Below, piece by piece: positions 56,074-64,000 of a stretch of DNA of 64,000 nt. This DNA comes from Macrostomum hystrix. Lineage: Eukaryota; Animalia; Platyhelminthes. The stretch is taken from assembly GCA_950097015.1 (NCBI GenBank), contig CATNEN010000001.1, positions 15,500,001-15,564,000 of the forward strand. Direction: 5' to 3'. Every line of letters starts with the position of its first letter. The first letter of the stretch is position 1. Under the pieces are notes generated by a model that was not told the origin of the DNA, ran no database searches, and saw nothing but the letters and a program-made list of their open reading frames with translations. Made by a program: the position numbers and the translations under genes.

Positions 56074-56384
56074 TACTATATGACTCGCTTGGCTGGTTCG
56101 GGTAAGATGTGACTTGTCAGGTGACAACATTGATGCCAGGAGCTTGCATGGTTATTGATTTCAGCCTGTACCTAACCGATCGCAAACCATGCGTTGTAGA
56201 AAATGGTAACTTATGGACACTTAATAGCAGCCTGAGCTGGAACATTGTGCCCAGTGGCGCGTGATGGCATGCCAACAATCGCAGAATGTTAACATCGTAA
56301 TAAGTCAGGCTAGTACAACAAACTAGTACAATATGCCCGCTGTTGCAGAAACCGATTGTTTTCGAATCCAAATCGAAACTAATA

Positions 56385-56495
56385 CTAATAGTAGCCAGTG
56401 TTAAATGCCAGGTAAGCAGCAGCCAGGCTTGTTGTTGTCAGTAGCAACCCCGCGGTTGACCGGCCCCCTGAACCTCCGCATTCGCTCGAATCCTC
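56385..56495 (-). CDS. CACNA2D: alpha2-delta last exon (GPI-anchor signal)
   Basis: EDSSECGGSGGRSTAGLLLTTTSLAAAYLAFNTGYY*. Confidence 0.85.
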   Translation of the reverse strand, partial: EDSSECGGSGGRSTAGLLLTTTSLAAAYLAFNTGYY

Positions 56496-59400
56496 CTGGA
56501 AGAGTTCAGCAGTTAAGAGTCATTTTCTCATTTATTAACCTTTTTTTTATTTTTAATTTATATTTTCTGTGCAATTTTTTGTCGCAACGCAAAATTTTGG
56601 CATCCGTTTCTGTTAATTAATTCAATTGGTGTGGCATAGCCTCTTCTATCAGCAGTCAAATCGTGACAGCACTCCTGTCATCATCAAAATTAAAAATTGC
56701 ATTATAAAACTGTTGGCCTAACTGTGATAAGCTTTGCCGGCTCAGACACTGAGCTCAAGTGAAGCCCGGAACAACTTTATCTAATTTATTTTTTGTTTTC
56801 CACAAAATTCATGTGCCCAGGCCTGAGCCTGTGTCTGTGAATGCTGTCTGGTCATTCTCCATTACCTGCGCCAAAGTATAGAATGCAGTATTTCGGTTTA
56901 GATAAGCGCGTAGATTAGTTAATTGCTGTCTATAAATATTTGCAGAAAGATATCGCTTTATTTACGAGCGTAGCTCAATTATTCAATTATTCAACTTTTG
57001 ACTTCCTATAAAATGCTGAGAAATCTTTAGATAATGAAAGCACCTAACAGAATATTTTTAAAGACCACTTAACAATGAATGACAATATAATTCAAGGCCA
57101 CCCTCATAACCGCCGCCCCTACTAACACACAAATCCGCCCCTCCTAACACACGAATCCGCCTCTCTTAAAACACGAATCCGCCCCTCCTAACACACAAAT
57201 CCGCCCCTCCTAACACACGAATCCGCCCCTACTAACACACGAATCCGCCCCTCCTAACACACGAATCCGCCTCTCTTAAAACCCGAATCCGCCCCTCCTA
57301 ACACACAAATCCGCCCCTCCTAACACTCAAATCCGCCCCTCCTAACACACAAATCCGCCCCTCCTAACACACAAATCCGCCCCTCCTAACACACAAATCC
57401 GCCCCTCCTAACACACGAATCCGCCCCTCCTAACACACAAATCCGCCCCTACTAACACACGAATCCGCCCCTACTAACACACGAATCCGCCCCTCCTAAC
57501 ACACAAATCCGCCCCTCCTAACACACAAATCCGCCCCTCCTAACACACAAATCCGCCCCTCCTAACACACAAATCCGCCCCTCCTAACACACAAATCCGC
57601 CCCTCCTAACACACGAATCCGCCCCTCCTAACACACAAATCCGCCCCTCCTAACACACAAATCCGCCTCTCTTAACACACGAATCCGCCTCTCTTAACAC
57701 ACGAATCCGCCCCTCCTAACACACGAATCCGCCCTTCCAAATAAAAATGTCCGCCCCTACCAACACACAAATCCGCCCCTTCATTCGTACAGGCAAGGCT
57801 CACCTTCGGGTGCCAGTTGTAGCAGCTGGTTGGCCTACTCCGGAATCGAGGCTCGGCCGTGCACACATCCGGGCCGGGGTCCTCTCGCGGCTCCCTGCGC
57901 AGTTCAATAAAATCGAGTCCGGGATCGCCTGAGCTGTCTCGTCCGCCAATCCCAGAGCCCGAGTTTGTTGGCCAGGCCATCAGCAGCGATGGGTCCAAGG
58001 GACCTGGCGGCTTACTGGCAGCAGCCAGGACTAAGTTGGTGCCGTTCAGAAACAGCACGGTGATGAGGCGGCCGACGCCATCCCGTGATTGATAGCTGTC
58101 GCTGGCCTGCGGTCGCCTGGAAGGCGGTGGAGTGAATTCTGAAGCTGATGATTGTTCTCAGTGTTTTAGCTGCAGAACTCTGGAATGTCCATCAGGCTGC
58201 AGATGCTAGGAGACTGTGCGCAAGCAAACACTCGCACAGGGGTGTACATCTGCCCTGACTTTCAGGCAGTGTGCAGTTTCACAGGGGTTGTAAGTCTAGT
58301 GGTTAGAGCGTCGGATTAACGACTTGAAGGTCGGGGGTTCGATTGCCGACCCCTCAGGAACAATTTGTGGCCATTAGCAAGACACTTGACTCTGCATTGC
58401 TTCATTGCATTAGCTGGATTGATTGATGGTGGGTGTGGCGTCCCCCCAGTCCATGAACTGAATAGCTAGCTGTACGCAGCCTTCAGATGCGCCGCGCAAT
58501 AGCTGCGGCTGTGCTGTCGGCTGCACATCCGGCCCAATTGGGGCAGGTTTAATGATATATTATTCTTTTTATTACACTTTCACTTACCTAGGGCTTGGGC
58601 CATAGACTACACGGCACGCCCAAAGCCTTCTCTCAGCGGCTGTTCCGCAAATAAACGTTAGGGTTGGGCCATAGACTACATGGCACGCCCAAAGCCTTCT
58701 CTCAGCGGCTGTTCCGCAAATAAACGTTAGGGTTGGGCCATAGACTACATGGCACGCCCAAAGCCTTCTCTCAGCGGCTGTTCCGCAAATAAATGTTAGG
58801 GTTGGGCCATAGACTACATGGCACGCCCAAAGCCTTCTCTCAGCGGCTGTTCCGCAAATAAACGTTAGGGTTGGGCCATAGACTACATGGCACGCCCAAA
58901 GCCTTCTCTCAGCGGCTGTTCCGCAAATAAACGTTAGGGTTGGGCCATAGACTACATGGCACGCCCAAAGCCTTCTCTCAGCGGCTGTTCCGCAAATAAA
59001 CGTTATTTCGGGAAGTTTGACGCGAAAGTTGAAAGAGGAATTCTGTTTTTTGTAATCTTTTTCCGCCCATGAGGACCAATTTCTTGACATCCCACCGAGT
59101 GTTGTGCACTAACGATCGGAAAGTAAACTCTCGTCTGTTCATGCTTGAGTGTATGAAATAAAATAACCGTACGTATAAACGGCGTTTAGTCGAAAGGGTA
59201 CAATTGATTCCTTAGTCGCAAGATCCTCAAATGCCAGGTTTTTTATAAATTGCTACGCTTGCCTTTCTATCCTATTTTCCAATAGATGGGATCTGTTAAC
59301 TGTCTGACTGTCTGACAGTACCACATCATTGTCGTACTAGGCTCATCTGGAGCCACAATGGATAATCCGAGACAAGTTTGGCAGTCTCACAAGTCTGCCA

Positions 59401-62400
59401 ATATATAGGGGCAATATACAATAGTTTTATTGCCCCTATAGTGGTGCTATAATAATACTGTCTGAGAATTCCGACTCTGCAATTAACAGATCACTTCATA
59501 ACTAGTGTTGATAGCCCAGTCATTTACTCCCAAAACAAAACTGTCTATAATCTCGTTAATCAAATTTTTATTTCTAGCTTAGAATTGAGCATGGAACAAT
59601 GAAGTTTCGATCGCAGCCAGACCAAATCAATGAGTACAATGCACTAATAAGCGGTATAAGGCTTCCAGACTAAACGAAAACTAATTTTATTTATGAACTC
59701 AGTGCTAGCAAAAAGCCTAGGCCGAATGAAAATCAATGAGGTTAACAGACCTAGGTTTTCTTGATCTAAAAAAATAATTTGCTCTCTAAAAATAGCAAAA
59801 ACAAGTTAAGTAAACGATTCTACAGTTTAATTTACCTTAAAAATCAATCACGCTGTTTTTTATCACTAACCAGTTTCTTAGAAAGACAGCAAGCAAAAAT
59901 AGCAGCAAATAGCACTGGTTCACACCCTGGGTTAGTGTTTAGGTAAAGCATTTGAAGCACAGACATTGGTTTACAATTGGCATAGTAACGCATGGCATAG
60001 CAGGCAAAATTGAAGAGATTGGGGTCTACTGAGTAGCATGGTTGGTATGTACTCTAAGTAACAATACCTAGCAGTGGCAATACCGAACAACTGGCAGTAA
60101 CTAACAGGTGATTTTTCCATCTTACACACACACGACTTCAATTAGAAACTTACTTTTAGCTCGGTGGGCTGAAGTTCGCACTGCTTTAATTGTGCAATCA
60201 GATTTTCTAGTGCGCATACGTACTGGAATCAACTAGCTAAGTTGCATGTTTCCGTGATATTTATACCTGTTCAGAAACCTGCAAATGGGCATTTCACGGC
60301 TTATTAAGCATTGCTGAATGGTGATAAAACTGTGTTAGTTTAGTACATTGCCTCTGTTTTTTATGCAACACGAAGACAACACAAATATAGGATAAGTATT
60401 CTCTCTTTTAACTCACTCTAACTTAAAACTATCTTTCTGTATACTTCTCTCCTTCCCCTTCTCTCCCTCCCTTCTCTCCTTACGCTTCTCTCCCTCCACT
60501 TCTCTCCTTCTCCTTCTCTCCCTCCCCTTCTCTCCTTCCCCTTCTCTCCCTCCCCTTCTCTCCCTCCTCTTCTCTCCCTCCCCTTCTCTCCCTCCCCTTC
60601 TCTCCCTCCCCTTCTCTCCCTCCACTTCTCTCCCTCCCCTTCTCTCCCTCCCCTTCTCTCCCTCCCTTTCTCTCCCTCCCCCTTCTCTCCCTCCCTTCTC
60701 TCCCTCCCTTCTCTCCCTCCCTTCTCTCCCTCCCCTTCTCTACCTCCCCTTCTCTCCCTCCCCTTCTCCACCTCTCCTTCTCCACCTCTCCTTCTCCACC
60801 TCCCCTTCTCTCCCTCCCCTTCTCTACCCCCCTTCTCCACCTCCTCTTCTCTCCCTCCCCTTCTCTCCCTCCTCTTCTCTACCTCCCCTTCTCTACCTCC
60901 CCTTCTCTCCCTCCCTTCTCTCCCTCCCCTTCTCCACCTCTCCTTCTCCACCTCTCCTTCTCCACCTCCCCTTCTCTCCCTCCCCTTCTCTCCCTCCCCT
61001 TCTCTCCCTCCTCTTCTCTCCCTCCTCTTCTCCACCTCCCCTTCTCTACCTCCCCTTCTCTCCTTCCCCTTCTCTACCTCCCCTTCTCTCCCTCCCCTTC
61101 TCTACCTCCCCTTCTCTCCCTCCTCTTCTCCACCTCCCCTTCTCTACCTCCCCTTCTCTCCCTCCCCTTCTCTACCTCCCCTTCTCTCCCTCCCCTTCTC
61201 TCCCTCCCCTTCTCTACCTCCCCTTCTCTACCTCCCCTTCTCTACCTCCCCTTCTCTCCCTCCTCTTCTCTCCCTCCCCTTCTCTCCCTCCCCTTCTCTA
61301 CCTCCCCTTCTCTCCCTCCTCTTCTCCACCTCCCCTTCTGTACCTCCCCTTCTCTCCCTCCCCTTCTCTACCTCCCCTTCTCTCCCTCCTCTTCTCTCCC
61401 TCCCCTTCTCTACCTCCCCTTCTCTACCTCCCCTTCTCCACCTCCCCTTCTCCACCTCTGCTTCTCCAAGGAGATACCTTATAGATACCCAAATACCTGG
61501 GCACCATAAGCAAGAGAATCGCAAAATGAATAAGCAGCAAGAAAATGAAAAAAGCGCCTACCGGTAGTACCGATAGCCCAGCTTGATGCAGCTCTCGTTG
61601 ATGTTGACCGATGATGTGGCTTCTTGACTGAGCACAGGAGCGGCCAGCCAGAGCAGAGTGTTGGCCACGCCCAGGTGATGCCCGGCGATCAAGGCCGCTG
61701 ATAGGGGCGGCAGCGACAGCAGAAGGCTGGACAAGACAGCTCGCGGCTTGCCTGAATTCGATGCCCGCTTTGAGGACTGCTTCGGACAGCTCGCTTGGTA
61801 GTCAAACTCCTTCTCGCTGGCGATGAAGTAGATTGAGAAGTAGATTGAGTAGACTGAGAAGTGTAACGAGCTGATTGAGAAGTAGATAAAGTGGATTAGG
61901 AGGTAGAGTGAGTAGATTGAGTGAGTAGAGTGAGGAGATTATTAAAGAATATTATGTTCCAAGTGACGGCATCTCACCTGGCATAGACTGACAGGTTAAA
62001 CACCAAATGTCTCATTAGCGGCTTATCCACATGGCCCAGAAAGTGTCCGATGGACTGAAAATTCTCATTAGCCGACACAATGTAGCCGCCGTCTTCAAGA
62101 AGGTAGCAGGTGTTGTTCACCCGGTCCAGATCGCACAGAGAGCCGAAGGTCGAGTTAAAAATCGACTGAGATATCCAGCGCCACGACAGACTGGCTCCAA
62201 CTACTGCAAGTAGGTAGCGACGGTTTGGGATACGAAAATATTAACGATTCTAGTTTAACAGCAGAAGGACTGTTTTTCCCCTCTAAGGAAATGTTTTTCC
62301 ACCATTTCGATCGAAATTTTCCACCCTTTACGATGAACTAACTTTCAAAGCCGACAATGCGAGCTCTTTTGTTGTTTGTCTCCCACTTGGTGTCTTGCCT

Positions 62401-64000
62401 GAGAGGTTAAAAATATATATTGAAAGTACATGCCCATCAACACCTAAATTAATGTTTGAAGCCAGATGAAAAAAATGCAAGACGAAATAGAAGTTATTTT
62501 TTTGTGAAATTGATCTACTCTAACTTGGGCAGGCCGGTGTCGCGGACGAAATTGAAGTTACTTAGTTTGAAAAAGAAGTTGGAAACCTATATACTAATAG
62601 GCTGGTTTTAGTCTAACTTGACTAACCAGCCACTTTGAAGCCATCTGGCAGTGTCACTGCCTGAAACATTGTCACTGGCGGAGGCTGCTCGGACAGTTCT
62701 TGAAGCAGCTTTTGCTGCTTTTTTTGTTGCTGCTGCTGCTGCTGCACAGTGACACCCTGAAACCGGCAGTCGGTGCAAACCTGCGGCAGCGGCAGCGGCG
62801 TCGGTGTCATTCTTCTGTTGCTGTGCTCGCCGCTTTGTACAGTTGTTGTTCTCACAGCTGCTGCCGCGACCCCCGAAGCTGCGGCTATGTTGGCGTTGAA
62901 GTTGAAGAAGTCGGACAGAGGGTCGTTTGCTGACGACATCACTTGAAAAATGCCTAAAAGTATTTTTTTGTGTTCGATACTTTCCGATCGTTGATTTTTA
63001 ACAGTAGAACTACAAAGGGGGGAATCCCTTTCCTAGAAAAGACAATTATTTTTGCTGCACCCGAACGGAGCAACGCAAGCACTCGAAACTCAAGAACTTG
63101 GGCCAACTTTTTGTTGCGCATCTTCTGAAGCAAGAATCAAGTCACCGGCCCTTCAGTATGTCGAGATATTCAACGGTTCTGGCCGAAGGTCAGATTTTTC
63201 CCGTAAGAGCTACCCTATACGCGAATTAGCACTGCGCCTCACTGCGGCCTTGCCAGGCCTTCAAACTTTATCAGCATGTCACCCGAATGTGCCTGCATCA
63301 TCTGCGACTTCGGTAGTCACCTACTTTTACCGTGAATAGGGGTGTAATACAGTAGCTGTTTTGTAAAAAAATCTGGCTTTCGGCCAGAACCATTGAATAT
63401 CTCGATGGTCTGAAGGCAAGGTGACTTGATTCATGTTTCAAAAGATGCGCAACAAAAATTTGGCCCGCATACTTAAGTTCGTTTTGTTAGAAATTGAAGT
63501 GGGTGTGGCGACTGCCAATAAATTCTGCTTTTATGCTCTACCTCTGTATCTAAAACAACTGAACTCGTCTAATTTGTCTGCTAAGTCGAGTTCAATAGGT
63601 TCAACAGACAATCACCTCCTGTTTTAAAAGGTATCACAGAAGCGAAAATGATGTCCGGCTGCTCAAATGCTCTCTGATAATAGCCCTCGAACCAGCCTTC
63701 TCGCCAGCTGTCGTATCGCCAGGTCTCAGCGGCCGGTTGGACGCCCATCACGCCAGACAGGCCCGTCAGGAACACCGACTGGGCAGCAGAGGGGGCGCTG
63801 CTGGCGGAACGATCGGCGAGTAGCCGGGCGAAAAAGTTCTCGTAGAGTGCCATGTCCATGGACACAGCCTTCAGCCAGTGGCTGTGGCACAGGGTGCTGC
63901 CATTGTGCAGGAATGTCTGTAGAAGGTTGGCCATGCTCGCTGGAGCATTGCGAATCAGCTCTGCGTCTGCTGCTGAACTGGACTCATTGCTGGCTGGCTG
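56385..64000 (-). CDS. CACNA2D: Voltage-gated calcium channel alpha2-delta subunit, 3' six exons (gene continues beyond the window)
   Basis: Phase-consistent exons >=64000-63616, 62941-62627, 62203-61978, 61816-61562, 58116-57804, 56495-56385. Motifs YYQRA, VVG, CYLLEDGGYIV, IGHFLG.VD..LMRHLV, FDYQASC, SCI..YY, GTNLV, RFRSRP.SCY, EDSSECGG plus a hydrophobic GPI-type tail. Confidence 0.9.
57112..57781. repeat. 22-bp minisatellite (AATCCGCCCCTCCTAACACACA), ~30 copies
   Basis: Period 22 checked by coordinates; begins ~20 nt into the intron after the donor. Confidence 0.95.
57804..58116 (-). CDS. CACNA2D: alpha2-delta exon (delta region)
   Basis: GRLITVLFLNGTNLVL...VC...RFRSRPTSCYNWHPK|gtgag. 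Confidence 0.87.
58284..58555 (+). mobile_element. SINE family B (a SINE A fragment lies on the minus strand at ~58212-58278)
   Basis: Full head-to-tail family B motifs. Confidence 0.87.
58589..59004. repeat. 69-bp minisatellite, 6 copies, derived from the SINE A body
   Basis: Unit contains gccc.aagccttctctc.gcggctg...caaataaa, as in the reverse complement of SINE A. Confidence 0.9.
60443..61467. repeat. ~1-kb polypyrimidine/polypurine array (CTCCCCTTCTCTCC)n
   Basis: Almost entirely C and T on the plus strand. Confidence 0.95.
61562..61816 (-). CDS. CACNA2D: alpha2-delta exon (alpha2/delta junction)
   Basis: EKEFDYQASC...hydrophobic stretch...NESCIKLGYRYY. Confidence 0.87.
61978..62203 (-). 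CDS. CACNA2D: alpha2-delta exon (Cache domain)
   Basis: VVG...CYLLEDGGYIVSAN...IGHFLGHVDKPLMRHLV..SVYA. Confidence 0.92.
62627..62941 (-). CDS. CACNA2D: alpha2-delta exon with polyQ / low-complexity insert
   Basis: Open, phase 1 to phase 1; ends VTMFQAVTLPDGFKVA. The 5' boundary is uncertain. Confidence 0.65.
63095..63470. mobile_element. MITE with ~105-bp imperfect TIRs
   Basis: gaatcaagtcacc...tcgagatattcaa.ggttctggccgaa is mirrored at 63365-63435. Related motifs occur at ~11225-11270, ~11725-11755 and ~54955-55010. Confidence 0.8.
63616..64000 (-). CDS. CACNA2D: alpha2-delta exon (open to the window edge)
   Basis: C....L.AV..D...VFLTGLSGV..V.P...W....EGYYQRAF....IF.S. Confidence 0.87.

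Noticed and set aside
33446-59004. CRISPR-like arrays
   Set aside because: All arrays are head-to-tail repeats without unique spacers; no cas genes; eukaryotic context.
59403-59440. Hairpin tataggggcaata...tattgcccctata as a Helitron 3' end or terminator
   Set aside because: No CTRR terminus or other element features nearby.

Overview
Repeat-rich animal genomic DNA; gene and repeat style suggest an invertebrate such as a free-living flatworm, but this is an unverified inference. Three host genes, all on the minus strand: an intronless M1 aminopeptidase N-like gene (12108-15038); a complete 15-exon, ~898-aa non-NMDA-type ionotropic glutamate receptor gene (32296-52984) with an atypical ligand pocket; and the last six exons of a voltage-gated Ca-channel alpha2-delta gene (56385 to beyond 64000). 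Mobile DNA: a young full-length Gypsy LTR retrotransposon (37454-45544) with apparently identical 690-bp LTRs, TTAA TSD, Lys PBS, a -1 frameshift and a 21 x 10-aa Q/H-rich repeat spacer in Gag-Pol, inside an iGluR intron; an Ingi-like LINE carrying a 2A StopGo motif; LOA/I-like, RNase H-bearing and RTEX-like LINE remnants; a condensed, decayed Maverick/Polinton (adintovirus-like) remnant with capsid and packaging ATPase relics; MULE, hAT and MITE elements; solo LTRs; two tRNA-derived SINE families (A and B), with A sharing a 3' stem-loop with the LOA-like LINEs; an old ~5-kb inverted duplication; and many minisatellites. All family assignments come from motif recognition by eye; no database searches were run.
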